The translations under genes were made by a program, and so were the position numbers. The notes below the pieces were generated by a model that was not told the DNA's origin, ran no database searches, and was given only the letters and a program-made list of their open reading frames with translations. DNA of 64,000 nucleotides from NCBI GenBank assembly GCA_002718195.1, contig PBDU01000011.1:91927-155926 (forward strand). Reading direction: 5' to 3'. This stretch comes from Methanobacteriota archaeon. Its GTDB lineage: Archaea > Thermoplasmatota > Poseidoniia > Poseidoniales > Poseidoniaceae. This document shows, in pieces, positions 9,954-20,302 of the stretch; the first letter of the stretch is position 1; each line of letters starts with the position of its first letter.

Positions 9954-11093
9954 TTAAGATTGAAATTCCCCGTTGATTAAAAACGGTTTATCATCAACAT
10001 ATATGTTGGCAGATTTCATAATTCCTACCATGTTGATTCCGACATTAGCATTTCCTCCGAATGTAGAATTATCTCCCATGGAAAAGTAGCAAGAGCCGTA
10101 GCATTTTTCATCTTCGAGGGCATTTCCAACCAATTTAGCCATCGGATTCAGTCCAATGCCAAACTCGGCTATTGTCCAAACTAAATCTTGATCTTTCTTG
10201 GGTAATTTCAGAGCATGTTGAGAAAAGTCGTTTTTGATTCTAACGGCAAGGTCTCCACCAGAAATATCCATCACTAATCCATTTTCAATTTGCAGAACCA
10301 GATTTTCTTCGATTAAATTCGAATCCCACGATCCATCGATAACGAGAGTTCCATTCATGCTTCCTTCTTTGGGCATAACGAAGATTTTCCCTGCAGGTAG
10401 GTTTGTAATCATCTTTGGACGATTACAGATTCCGTTGTCATCCTGGTTCCAATCTCTCCAACCCACCTCGAAACTAAGATCGGTTCCATTTTCGTGTCTT
10501 ACTGAAATGAATCTTTTCCTTCTGAGGGCTATTGCCTTCTCGGATATTTCACCTTTGATTGACTCAAAATTTGCTGTTATTCCACCTTCAGTGAATAATT
10601 TGGTAGTAATTCCTGGCATCGTTGCGATTCTTGCCCTTTCATTTAGTGCAGTTCTTGCGGCTTTAGTGTGAGTGATAGAATATTTTGTTGGTGCGATGAT
10701 GACGTTTTGTTGCCTCATCAAGTTCGACACTGGAGTGGGTGGCTCATCACCATGATGCTTACCCTTTGGCATCATCATAAGAAGAACTCTATCGCTTAAC
10801 GTTAGGGCTGCCTCATGTAATGCTGCCCCAATTTCGCTAGTAGATGGATCACAGATAATCAGAACATTTTCGTTTCTTCTTATGTCCATACAAACCCTAG
10901 TTACTGTTTTAGCAGAAGCATTCAGTTTTTGTGTTAGTTCAGAGTCTTGTTCAGAATCTATCGTTTTCTGTTCAGCATTACGATTTGAAGTAAGTTCTTC
11001 CTCTATCTGGTCAACAATTTCTAGAATCTCACTATCGTCTGGGACTTGTTCCCCTTCCACTGGAGTGTTTTTCCTGCGGAATGGTAGGACCAT
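9954..11093 (-). CDS. M29 (aminopeptidase T-like) family protein, apparently lacking metal ligands
   Basis: EPP, SITHT, NLPAG, AEFGIGLNP, LEDEK motifs. Confidence 0.8.
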   Translation of the reverse strand: MVLPFRRKNTPVEGEQVPDDSEILEIVDQIEEELTSNRNAEQKTIDSEQDSELTQKLNASAKTVTRVCMDIRRNENVLIICDPSTSEIGAALHEAALTLSDRVLLMMMPKGKHHGDEPPTPVSNLMRQQNVIIAPTKYSITHTKAARTALNERARIATMPGITTKLFTEGGITANFESIKGEISEKAIALRRKRFISVRHENGTDLSFEVGWRDWNQDDNGICNRPKMITNLPAGKIFVMPKEGSMNGTLVIDGSWDSNLIEENLVLQIENGLVMDISGGDLAVRIKNDFSQHALKLPKKDQDLVWTIAEFGIGLNPMAKLVGNALEDEKCYGSCYFSMGDNSTFGGNANVGINMVGIMKSANIYVDDKPFLINGEFQS

Positions 11094-11193
11094 GGTTAGT
11101 CCAAGATTTCATCTCTATTCAATTTGTGGCAGTTATTTTAATTCGAGATTTAGAATCACAAGCCTTCTTCATGCATCATGAATTGGGCGAGTC

Positions 11194-12690
11194 ATGGCGA
11201 AAGAACAACTCTTCATCTCGAGAGTCAAAGATATTTACAGGCTGAATGGAATAAGAGGGCACCTAGGGTGGGACCAAGAAACAATTATGCCAAAAGGTGG
11301 TGCAGAATCTAGGTCAGATATTCTCTCTTGGTTGGCAGCAGAAGTTCACAAGAGAATGACAGATCCAGAATTGAAGCAATTAATCTCAGAACTTGCAGAA
11401 TCGGGGACTGATCAGGACCTTTCTTCAAATTTGAGAGAAATGAAAAGAGAGGTCGACAAAGCACTTTTACTTCCTGAGTCGTTTGTACAAGAATTTGCAA
11501 AAGCACGTTCTGAGGCGTTGTTAACTTGGCAGAAAGCAAGACAAGAATCTGATTTCTCCTTATTCCAATCCTCACTTGAAAATCTCGTTGAAATGACAAG
11601 GAAAAAAATCGAATACTTGCCAAAGAAAGATACTCCATATGATACTCTACTAGATGAATATGAAGTTGGTATGACCGTCGCTGATTATGATGAATTATTT
11701 GAAGGTCTGAGAGTTAGGTTGGTTCCACTTTTGGCTAAAATTATGGAGGCAAAGAAGAATATGTCCATTCCTAAATTACCTTCGGAAATGGAATTTTCAG
11801 AGCAAGCACAAACAAGATTCTGTCAGAAAGTTAGCGAAGCGATGGGCTTTGACTTTGATTACGGTAGGATGGATGCATCAACCCATCCATTCTCAGCAGG
11901 ACTATGGAAAGGGGATACCAGGTTTACTACCCGATTTGATGAGAAGGACCCATTTTCTTGTTTGTATGCCGTAATGCATGAAACAGGGCATGCATTGTAT
12001 GAACAAGGACTTCATCCAGAACATTCTCTTACGCCTCGAGGATCAGCAATCTCACTTGGCGTCCATGAATCACAATCTCGTTTTTGGGAAAACCAGATTG
12101 GAAGAACCAGTGAGTTTTGGGAGGTAGCCCTACCTTGGTTCAAGGAGGAATTCCCAGACAGCCCCGATTGGACGAGCGCTGAACTGAATCTAATTGCAAA
12201 TCAGGTTGATACCTCTTTCATTAGAGTAGAGGCAGATGAGGTGACTTACAACCTTCACATAATGTTGAGATATGAAATTGAAAAGAAGATCTTCAACGAA
12301 GGACTCAAAGTTTCAGAGATTCCAAAAGTATGGAATCAAATGTTCAAAGATTGGTTTGGTATAACTCCAAGCAATGATACTGAGGGTTGTCTTCAAGACA
12401 TACACTGGTCAATGTCGGCATTTGGTTACTTTCCGACTTACACATTGGGTAATTTGTATGCTTCGCAACTCATGAATAAAATTGATGAAGAGCTTGGAAG
12501 TGTTTCTGAAATGACAAAATCTGGAGACTGGTCGAAAATGCTTAGATGGCTAAAAGAGAAAATTCATGAAAAAGGGAGTTTGCTAACTCCAAGTGAATTG
12601 ATAGAATCTGCTACAGGAAAACCGCCTACTAGTGATGATTTCTTGGACTACCTTGAAGAGAAATACGGTAAATTATACTCTTTATCCTGA
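11194..12690 (+). CDS. carboxypeptidase, M32 (Taq) family
   Basis: HPF, HETGHALYEQG (HEXXH), HESQSRFWEN, IRVEADE, GCLQDIHW, GYFPTY. Confidence 0.95.
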   Translation: MAKEQLFISRVKDIYRLNGIRGHLGWDQETIMPKGGAESRSDILSWLAAEVHKRMTDPELKQLISELAESGTDQDLSSNLREMKREVDKALLLPESFVQEFAKARSEALLTWQKARQESDFSLFQSSLENLVEMTRKKIEYLPKKDTPYDTLLDEYEVGMTVADYDELFEGLRVRLVPLLAKIMEAKKNMSIPKLPSEMEFSEQAQTRFCQKVSEAMGFDFDYGRMDASTHPFSAGLWKGDTRFTTRFDEKDPFSCLYAVMHETGHALYEQGLHPEHSLTPRGSAISLGVHESQSRFWENQIGRTSEFWEVALPWFKEEFPDSPDWTSAELNLIANQVDTSFIRVEADEVTYNLHIMLRYEIEKKIFNEGLKVSEIPKVWNQMFKDWFGITPSNDTEGCLQDIHWSMSAFGYFPTYTLGNLYASQLMNKIDEELGSVSEMTKSGDWSKMLRWLKEKIHEKGSLLTPSELIESATGKPPTSDDFLDYLEEKYGKLYSLS

Positions 12691-14100
12691 TTAACTCCAT
12701 GGCAGCATAACCAATGCTTCTCCAACTTCTCCAGCGGAGACCATCACTTCTCCCTTCTGCCCAGTCTTGTGATTTCTTTGGAAAACAGGGACTCCTCCAA
12801 CTACTGTTAATTGTGTCCAGCCGGTTAACTCTCTGCCACGATTTGGATTCCACCCCACTCTCGACCATGAGTTCTCATCTTGGACAATAGCAGTATTTTC
12901 CATATCAACCAAAATGATGTCACCGTCATAGCCCACCTCTAATTTTCCTTTACCTTGCATCTGGAAAAGTGCAGCAGGAGCTGCTGACATCCAATTGACT
13001 ACGTCAAAGATACTACAAGTTCCTTCATTAGCATGGGTGAGCATTACTGCAAGGGAAGTTTCCACTCCAGGCATGCCGCTTGGTGCTTTAGGGAAACCCT
13101 TTGATTTTGCTTCAAGTGTATGAGGTGCATGGTCGGTAGCGATGCATTGTATAGTTCCATTTTTCAGTCCTTTCCAAAGTAATTCCTTGTCTTTGGCGTA
13201 TCTAATAGGAGGGTTCATTTTCAATCGAGTCCCTTCTCTTTCAACATCAAGTTCATCAAAAGTCAAATGCTGTGGAAGAGTTTCTGTGGTAATTATGGCT
13301 CCAGAATCGAATGAGTCTGGCATTCCAGTAATTCCTTGCAGCCATTCTGCTTCTATTCCGCTTGTCAAGTGTAAAATATGGAGCCTATGTCCATGTCTTT
13401 GAGCTAAGTCTACGGCTCTCTTTGTTGCAATCAGGGCTGTTTGGTCGTCTCGCCATTCAGCATGAGCAGCCATATCTGTCCTTTCCTTATGCATCTCCCA
13501 TCTTTCATCCATCCTAGTTTCATCTTCTGCATGAACTGCGATCAAGCCCGCAGTACCTGAAAAGATAGTTTCAAGAGCGTCCTGTCCATTCACTAGAAGT
13601 GTTCCAGTAGATGAGCCCATGAAGATCTTTATTCCGCAGATTCCTGGAATTGCGATAGGTTTGTCGGGAGTTCCTACAGCTTCCTGTAAATCTTCTACAT
13701 TGTCAGGAGTCGCTCCGATGAAGAAACCGTAGTTTGTGATGCATTTACTTGCTGCAGTGTCCAATTTTCCTTGCATGCCTTTCAAATCTGTAATCGATGG
13801 AACGTTGTTTGGCATATCCAAAAACGAGGTTATTCCACCGCTTGCGGCAGCGACACTTCCGCTGTATAGGTCTTCTTTTTCGGGTTGTCCAGGATCTCTA
13901 AAGTGAACTTGGGGGTCTATCATTCCCGGCATCAGATGCAAACCGGTTCCATCAACGACTAATTCCCCCTCCTTAGCTTCGATTTTTGTGCTAGTAGAGA
14001 TTTCGTGGATAATACCATCTTGAATCCTTAGGTCACCAACTAATATTTCGCTTTCAAGCACGATACTTGCGTTTGTTACAAGCAGGTTTCCTTTTGGCAT
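12691..14100 (-). CDS. pyrC: dihydroorotase
   Basis: DPQVHFRDPG, DMPN, KIFMGSSTG, KMNPPIR, ATDHAPH. Confidence 0.85.
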   Translation of the reverse strand: MPKGNLLVTNASIVLESEILVGDLRIQDGIIHEISTSTKIEAKEGELVVDGTGLHLMPGMIDPQVHFRDPGQPEKEDLYSGSVAAASGGITSFLDMPNNVPSITDLKGMQGKLDTAASKCITNYGFFIGATPDNVEDLQEAVGTPDKPIAIPGICGIKIFMGSSTGTLLVNGQDALETIFSGTAGLIAVHAEDETRMDERWEMHKERTDMAAHAEWRDDQTALIATKRAVDLAQRHGHRLHILHLTSGIEAEWLQGITGMPDSFDSGAIITTETLPQHLTFDELDVEREGTRLKMNPPIRYAKDKELLWKGLKNGTIQCIATDHAPHTLEAKSKGFPKAPSGMPGVETSLAVMLTHANEGTCSIFDVVNWMSAAPAALFQMQGKGKLEVGYDGDIILVDMENTAIVQDENSWSRVGWNPNRGRELTGWTQLTVVGGVPVFQRNHKTGQKGEVMVSAGEVGEALVMLPWS

Positions 14101-14144
14101 GGTATTAGCAATAGGATTAGGCTAATCAACTATTTCTATGAAAT

Positions 14145-14729
14145 TTATTTTCTAATCGCTGACTTTGGTCTGAAATCATCACATACTGTTTTGTCGCAAT
14201 GGATATATCCTCCACCAATTAAATCAACACAATAAGGCACTGCTCGCCATATCTCGTCAATAGTTTCTCTGATTGCCTTCGGTCGTCCAGGAAGGTTAAA
14301 GATCAAACTTTGTCCTCTAACCCCACCTAGTTGCCTTGAAAGGATTGCAGTTGGTACGAAAGCGAGGGATATTGCTCGCATTTGTTCACCAAATCCTGGC
14401 AGTAATTTTTCTATCACATCCTCAGTTGCTTCAGGCGTAACATCCCTGTGTGCAGGTCCAGTACCTCCTGTAGTCACTATAACGTCACATCCCAAAACGT
14501 CTGAGAAATGAATAAGTTCGTCTCGAATCTTATTGCGCTCATCAGGAACACACGAGTAATTCACTTCGAATTCGTTTAACAATGCCTCTTTGAAGAATTC
14601 AAGAATTGCTGGACCTCCTTGATCCTCATATTCTCCAATTGATGCTCTATCGCTAACTGTTATGATTCCGAGTTTCAATCTGTCTCCAAGATTACCTTCT
14701 CTTGCTTGTATAAGCGTTATTTTTTCCAA
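14145..14729 (-). CDS. mog: molybdopterin adenylyltransferase MogA
   Basis: VSDRAS, TTGGTGPAHRDVTPEAT, PTAILSRQ, NLPGRPKAI; start codon uncertain. Confidence 0.9.
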   Translation of the reverse strand: MEKITLIQAREGNLGDRLKLGIITVSDRASIGEYEDQGGPAILEFFKEALLNEFEVNYSCVPDERNKIRDELIHFSDVLGCDVIVTTGGTGPAHRDVTPEATEDVIEKLLPGFGEQMRAISLAFVPTAILSRQLGGVRGQSLIFNLPGRPKAIRETIDEIWRAVPYCVDLIGGGYIHCDKTVCDDFRPKSAIRK

Positions 14730-14738
14730 GCAAGCACC

Positions 14739-16919
14739 TCATTCTGTACCGTATTTTGAGGAGAATTCTTCGTGGAAATTTTCCAAAAGAGTATCCTCGA
14801 AAAGCTCTGCTTGTCTTCGATTTTTGGTCGTTCTCATGTGAATTACCGCTAACAAGATAAATACACAGATTGCGATTGGTATGAATGCTTCTAACCTGTA
14901 TGCGTGCATGAATCGTATAATTCCTTCAGCGGTGTATGCCCAAGTCACCGAAGCAGCAGTACCGCCTACTAGAACAGCCCATAATACTCGCATGAACTTC
15001 ATTCTTGATAGCATTCCAAGCATAGATCCTACAATTACACCAGAGGCCATAAACGGAATCCAAACAAAACCGATTAATCCCCAGAATCCATATTTGTTAA
15101 TCATGTCTCTCTTTTCGTTGGCAGTGTATTCCACCGTTGATAGCAGATTACCAACGAATTTAGTTTGAAGAACTCTGCCTCCTAGACCATCTTGTTTTGC
15201 AATAGCAGCGACTCTGTCTTTTGATTTCTTATCAGATTCAACCCTTCCAGCACCGGATCTATCGGCAAGAGTCGAGACTTGGTTTCTCACTTTCATAACG
15301 AGTTGTTGCCTGTCAAATAAATCTGGAATCTCCTTGGTGAGGAATTCGTGCAGATTATTTTGAATATCTACAGCAGTTTCTTTGAATCTGAAGAAAGCAA
15401 ACCTCGTGTTTGGTTTGAAAATTAGATTTACCAATACGTTCCTGTCATCGCTTGTGACAATACAGCCGACCATTGCAAGATTTGGCTTGTCTGAGAAGTA
15501 CTTGTCAAGTGCCTCCCTTACATTATCTTCGATACTTGAAAGCGTGTGCAGGTCATCAAAGAATGAAGTATAATCCATACCTTTGGATAAATCAGCTTTC
15601 TCCGATCTTCCAACTCCTATTCCAGAATCAAAGTCAATAGCGCCGGAATCTGAACCAATGCTTCTTACTGTTAACTGAACTGGTTTGAAGACTCTAAAAA
15701 TGGCAAATTCTTCTAGGATTTCCCTCAATACTTCTGCTCTTACATCCATGTGGTCAGAGAGTGTATCGTCAGTATCCTTGTAGGGTACGATTATGTCAAC
15801 CGATAAGTCTCTTGGATCGACTTTGAACAATTCCCAATCCACATCGATTTTTAGCCGGGTCGCTGATTTTTCCACAGTTTCTAGAACTAGTTGAGTGATA
15901 TGGTGCCTTGATAGCATGTCGTCAGTGTCTTGATGATAGACCTTGTACATTAATGGGTAAAGAAGGAAAAGTGATACCACTGATAAGGACAATGAAATGT
16001 ATGCCATCCACCAAGCAGGTATTCCAGCAGCCCCACCACTAAGCATTGCAGTCTCACGTCCACCACCAAGTTCTGCCCCCATCAACACGAATCCCCAATT
16101 ACCTAATTCCGTCATGGTCCAGCAGTTTCTGACGCCGCTTTCTATGACGTGTGCCTCTAAGTGTGATTCATCACTTATCATCGGTAAACCTGAAAGTGGT
16201 GAAGAAGTATTTTCTAATTTGAATACGATCGAGTTAGTAGCAATCTCTCCTTGTTCCCCATCATCTGTGGACTTATCCACTGAAATTGAAACCTCTAAAC
16301 GATAGGTGGCTTCGTCTAAATCATGGAATGATACGGAAGTTTCGACAGTCCCAGAGCTGCTAACCGTCATATTTTCCTCTTGCTTAAGTTCAAATCTCTC
16401 TGTGTTTTCATCTACAACTTCAAAGAAACTTGAGTTGACAAATGCTAATCCTTGGTCTAGATTGTATCCACCAATGGCAATGGCTTCGTTGTCGTTGTCC
16501 GTGTAAAGGTGGACCCACGGAGTCTCACTGATTTCATTGCATTCATCACCTCTATCTAGTAAGGTTTGACTTGCTGCGTGATCCATCCAAGTTGAATCCC
16601 CAAACACGCCAGAGCTCATGGAAAATAGGAGAAGTGCAAATAGCGCTCCATAAACAAAACCGAGGATTAAAACGAAGTCTTCGACTTGAGTTGGAAATCT
16701 TTTTCCTTTGTCATTTGCTCTTCTACGACGAATGCTCGCAAGGTCCTTGGAAACTGAAGCATCTTTGTTGGGCTGGTCGGAATTGTCATGACTGGACTTC
16801 TTAGAATCTCCACCAGCCATGTCAAGTCCAGTAAGTTCCATTTCATCAACGCTTTGCTTCATTTTGATGAGAGTATTTGAATATCTGTACTCAGTATACT
16901 GATTATATTTTGAAATCAT
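14739..16919 (-). CDS. multi-domain membrane protein with split small-multidrug-export (COG2426/DedA-related) domain
   Basis: C-terminal KYGFWGLIGFVWIPFMASGVIVG plus TM helices; start may be downstream (e.g. 16820-16863). Confidence 0.55.
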   Translation of the reverse strand: MISKYNQYTEYRYSNTLIKMKQSVDEMELTGLDMAGGDSKKSSHDNSDQPNKDASVSKDLASIRRRRANDKGKRFPTQVEDFVLILGFVYGALFALLLFSMSSGVFGDSTWMDHAASQTLLDRGDECNEISETPWVHLYTDNDNEAIAIGGYNLDQGLAFVNSSFFEVVDENTERFELKQEENMTVSSSGTVETSVSFHDLDEATYRLEVSISVDKSTDDGEQGEIATNSIVFKLENTSSPLSGLPMISDESHLEAHVIESGVRNCWTMTELGNWGFVLMGAELGGGRETAMLSGGAAGIPAWWMAYISLSLSVVSLFLLYPLMYKVYHQDTDDMLSRHHITQLVLETVEKSATRLKIDVDWELFKVDPRDLSVDIIVPYKDTDDTLSDHMDVRAEVLREILEEFAIFRVFKPVQLTVRSIGSDSGAIDFDSGIGVGRSEKADLSKGMDYTSFFDDLHTLSSIEDNVREALDKYFSDKPNLAMVGCIVTSDDRNVLVNLIFKPNTRFAFFRFKETAVDIQNNLHEFLTKEIPDLFDRQQLVMKVRNQVSTLADRSGAGRVESDKKSKDRVAAIAKQDGLGGRVLQTKFVGNLLSTVEYTANEKRDMINKYGFWGLIGFVWIPFMASGVIVGSMLGMLSRMKFMRVLWAVLVGGTAASVTWAYTAEGIIRFMHAYRLEAFIPIAICVFILLAVIHMRTTKNRRQAELFEDTLLENFHEEFSSKYGTE

Positions 16920-16985
16920 ATTTCGAAAATCGATATTGCAGATAGCGAAGGATTGAAGTCATGCGGGTTTTGGCGAGATTGCTCG

Positions 16986-17057
16986 GGGTCAGTAGCTTAG
17001 TGGGAGAGCGCCGCACTGAAGATGCGGAGGTCGCTGGTTCAAGTCCGGCCTGACCCA
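16986..17057 (+). tRNA. tRNA-Phe (GAA)
   Basis: Acceptor GGGTCAG/CTGACCC, anticodon arm CCGCA-CTGAAGA-TGCGG, GGTTCAAGTCC T-arm; CCA not fully encoded. Confidence 0.95.
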
Positions 17058-17074
17058 CCTTCCAAAGCACTTGA

Positions 17075-17485
17075 TTAGTTTCTCATTTTTTCTGGTACAT
17101 CATAGATGCCACCTGCAATTAGAAGAGTAGTTATGATCATTAATATCTGAATTGATAATCTAATCAAATGGAATGATTGTCCATAGGTCACACCACCCAA
17201 AGGAATGTCGTTGACCCACATGTTTAGGTTAGCCCAGTAAATTCCCAAAAGGAAAACAAATGTCCCGATAGCAGCAATTCTTCTTGTTTTTGGAATGATT
17301 AAACCTAGCCCTAATCCAATTTCCATGTATCCGGTTACAAGGACCCAAAATCTTGCATTTTCGAAGAATTTTGGCACTATGGGCTCGAACCATTCTGTGT
17401 CGGTAAAGTGTTGAATTCCAACCCATGTAAAGGCAAAACCTAAGAAAATTGCAGCAAGATGTAAAACAAGAGGCTTGGTCTTCAC
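17075..17485 (-). CDS. DoxX-like membrane protein
   Basis: GIQHF..F..IVP, TGYMEI, ANLNM; four hydrophobic segments. Confidence 0.75.
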   Translation of the reverse strand: MKTKPLVLHLAAIFLGFAFTWVGIQHFTDTEWFEPIVPKFFENARFWVLVTGYMEIGLGLGLIIPKTRRIAAIGTFVFLLGIYWANLNMWVNDIPLGGVTYGQSFHLIRLSIQILMIITTLLIAGGIYDVPEKMRN

Positions 17486-17543
17486 AGCATTCTGAAAGAT
17501 TGTCTCATTATTGATAATTTGTATAAGAAAAACCTTTCAAAAA

Positions 17544-18368
17544 TCATTGAATGCCCTCTAAAGCAATCTTTTGAGCCTCGAAGATAGTATCTATACCACC
17601 GTCTGCTACGGATAGAAGTTTGATCAACTCTTCTCCAGAGAAAGTGCTCTCTTCCCCAGTTCCTTGAATCTCAACATACCTACCATCACTGGTTTTGATT
17701 ACATTCATGTCAACATCAGCATTAGAGTCTAAGTCATAATCAAGGTCTAAGTACACTTCACCATCAATCAGACCAACCGAAACCGCTGCTAATTCATGTG
17801 GAAGCACTCTTGCTTCATGGGATTTCTTTTCTTCATTTGTCATAGTGGCTGGAGCGACTCCTTCCTTCTTTTGGTCCTCGGTTAATCTCAGGTCAGCAGG
17901 CATACATGTGCCGTTTGCAATTAGTCTTCTGACCGCTAGTCTCAAAGCGATATTACCTGCTGTAATAGCAGCACATCTTGTACCACCGTCTGCATTAAGG
18001 ACATCACAATCCACATTCAGTGCTATTGGACCCAATTCTTCCAAATCAACTGCTGCTCTCAAGGAACGAGCAATCAATCTTTCAATTTCCTGAGTTCTTC
18101 CTTTAGCTCCTCTTCTCTCCCTTCTGAATCTAGAATCAGTGGATGCTGGTAGAAGAGAGTATTCAGCATGGACCCAGCCTTTGGTAGCGTTTCTTGGGAA
18201 CCAGCCAGGAAGCCTTGCTTCCTTGGTAACACATGCAAGAATGACGGTGTCTCCCTGTCTGTAAAGCACGGATGCAAGTGCATTAGGAGTGAAGTCCAAC
18301 TCAACTTCTACGTGACGCATTTCGTTCTTTTCTCGTTTTGGGGTGAAACCAGACTTGATTTTTGCCAT
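17544..18368 (-). CDS. rph: ribonuclease PH (bacterial-type)
   Basis: GWVHAEYSLLP, GRTQEIERLIARSLRA, DCDVLNADGGTR, DSNADVDMNV, EIQGTGE. Confidence 0.9.
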   Translation of the reverse strand: MAKIKSGFTPKREKNEMRHVEVELDFTPNALASVLYRQGDTVILACVTKEARLPGWFPRNATKGWVHAEYSLLPASTDSRFRRERRGAKGRTQEIERLIARSLRAAVDLEELGPIALNVDCDVLNADGGTRCAAITAGNIALRLAVRRLIANGTCMPADLRLTEDQKKEGVAPATMTNEEKKSHEARVLPHELAAVSVGLIDGEVYLDLDYDLDSNADVDMNVIKTSDGRYVEIQGTGEESTFSGEELIKLLSVADGGIDTIFEAQKIALEGIQ

Positions 18369-18464
18369 GTCCTGTCCAAAATTAACTTCCGTTTCAATGA
18401 ATCGGCTTGTTTTTCCAATTACTCAGCATGAAAAGTTGAATATCTCGTTTTATCTCGGAATTTT

Positions 18465-19658
18465 ATGGGAGAGAAGCGAGTCGTAATTTGTGGGGTTGCT
18501 AGAACCCCTATAGGCAGGTTCATGGGGACTTTATCTCCATTCTCAGCGGTAGACCTCGGTGTTGCTTCAGTTAAGGAATTGTTGAAAAGAACAGGAATAG
18601 ACCCTGATTCTGGATTAGTTGAAGAGGTAATTTTTGGACAAGTCTTGCAAGCAGGAGCAGGTCAAAATCCTGCAAGGCAAGTTGCCTTAGGCTCAGGACT
18701 TCCAGTTTCAACTCCTTGTGTGACAATCAACAAGGTGTGCGGCTCCTCACTCAAAGCAGCAATGCTAGCAGCTAACTCAATCAGAGCGGGCGAGTACAAG
18801 GTTGTAATTGCAGGTGGTATGGAATCTATGACCAATGCACCTCAATTATTATTCAAACAAAGATTTGGACAAAAAATGGGTGATTCAATGTTGATTGACT
18901 CTATGATTTACGATGGTCTATGGGATGTTTACAACGACATGCACATGGGAAATACTGGAGAGGTTGTCTCTGAAGAGTTTGAAGTAAGCAGAGAACAAAT
19001 GGATGAATTTGCCGCAAGATCACAAAGGCTTGCAACCGAAGCAGAATCCAACGGCTGGTTTGATTGGGAGAGGTTTGCAATGGAGATTCCTCAAAGAAGA
19101 GGCGATCCATTAATTTTCAACGTGGACGAAGGTGTCAGAGCTGGTACAACTGCTGACGGTTTGGCAAATTTGAGACCAGTTTTCAAACAAAATGGAAGAG
19201 TCACAGCTGGTAATTCGAGTACATTGAATGATGGTGCGAGTGCGATACTTGTAGCAGAATACCAGACTGCAATGGATAATGGTTGGGAGATAATTGCCAC
19301 AATTGAGGATTATTGTACCAGCGGTTTGGAGCCAGAGAGGGTTATGGCTGCCCCAATTCCTGCAATCAACACATTGCTAAAGAGGAATAAACTCGAGGTA
19401 CTAGATGTCGATGTTTACGAGCACAATGAGGCTTTCGCTGCCGCATCATGTGCTGTGGCAAAAGAAGTAGGAATTCCAGAGGATAGATTCAATCTTCACG
19501 GTGGAGCAGTTAGTTTAGGTCATCCACTGGGAGCGAGTGGAACAAGATGCCTCATCACAATGATTGGTGTTATGAGAAGAAAAGATGCAAAGTCAGGAAT
19601 TGTTTCTCTCTGTTTAGGTGGAGGAAACGCTGTGGCTATGCTAGTAAAAAGGGATTAG
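18465..19658 (+). CDS. acetyl-CoA C-acyltransferase (thiolase)
   Basis: NKVCGSS, NEAF, GHPLGASG, CLGGG catalytic motifs. Confidence 0.95.
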   Translation: MGEKRVVICGVARTPIGRFMGTLSPFSAVDLGVASVKELLKRTGIDPDSGLVEEVIFGQVLQAGAGQNPARQVALGSGLPVSTPCVTINKVCGSSLKAAMLAANSIRAGEYKVVIAGGMESMTNAPQLLFKQRFGQKMGDSMLIDSMIYDGLWDVYNDMHMGNTGEVVSEEFEVSREQMDEFAARSQRLATEAESNGWFDWERFAMEIPQRRGDPLIFNVDEGVRAGTTADGLANLRPVFKQNGRVTAGNSSTLNDGASAILVAEYQTAMDNGWEIIATIEDYCTSGLEPERVMAAPIPAINTLLKRNKLEVLDVDVYEHNEAFAAASCAVAKEVGIPEDRFNLHGGAVSLGHPLGASGTRCLITMIGVMRRKDAKSGIVSLCLGGGNAVAMLVKRD

Positions 19659-20302
19659 ATTCTCCTCAAATGCAACCTAACCACTCTTGCTAGACCTGTG
19701 TGTAGGTCGCTCTCATCCAAAATAGTAGAAGTAACTGCAGCATGCTCGATTTTGACTTCACCAGGTAAAGCGTCAAGGAATTCTTCCAGAACCTCATCCA
19801 AGTCCCAAAGTAAATCCATAGATTTTGGTCCTCCCGAATCCAATGGCATCTGTGTTTTATGGTATCCTTCAGTGATAAGATGTCCACCTTTTTTCAGTGC
19901 AGTTATGAACATTGGAAACTTTTCTTTTCTCAATTCACTTGGGGTGTGGAACCAAGAAAAAGCAATAAGATCAAATTGCTTTCTAGGGATTTGTAAATTT
20001 CTCAAGTCCGCAACATTGTAGTCAACGCTAACACCGTGTTCTACAGCAAGCATTTCACACTTGATTTTGCCTTGGGCTGAGAGGTCAAAAACTTCTGCAT
20101 TCCAACCAAGTCTAGCACACCAAACGGCATTTCTTCCCTCGCCATCAGCTGGAATCAATGCTTTGTTTTTTGCAGGAGGGGAGATTTCAGAAATGCGTTC
20201 TGCAAGCCATACATTAGGTTCTTTACCGTAAGCAAACTTCTCTCCAGCAAATCTATTGTCCCACATTTCTGCTGATGATTTCACTTTGTCTGACATTTTC
20301 AT
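19655..20302 (-). CDS. class I SAM-dependent methyltransferase (TehB/TPMT-like)
   Basis: WDNRF..YGKEPN, ADGEGRNAVW; ATG 20302 overlaps the rqcH stop (ATGA). Confidence 0.85.
   Translation of the reverse strand: MKMSDKVKSSAEMWDNRFAGEKFAYGKEPNVWLAERISEISPPAKNKALIPADGEGRNAVWCARLGWNAEVFDLSAQGKIKCEMLAVEHGVSVDYNVADLRNLQIPRKQFDLIAFSWFHTPSELRKEKFPMFITALKKGGHLITEGYHKTQMPLDSGGPKSMDLLWDLDEVLEEFLDALPGEVKIEHAAVTSTILDESDLHTGLARVVRLHLRRI

Noticed and set aside
14112..14130. GATTAG-G-CTAATC inverted repeat upstream of pyrC resembling the centre of a 19-bp DtxR box
   Set aside because: Does not fit the TTAGG-N4-CCTAA pattern of the three island sites; single weak copy
14145..14729. Isolated mog as sign of a novel molybdenum pathway
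   Set aside because: Other Moco genes can lie elsewhere in the genome; nothing in the window supports more
16986..17057. tRNA-Phe or tRNA-Gln (29235-29307) as integration sites
   Set aside because: No integrase, no duplicated tRNA 3' end seen, flanking genes look chromosomal
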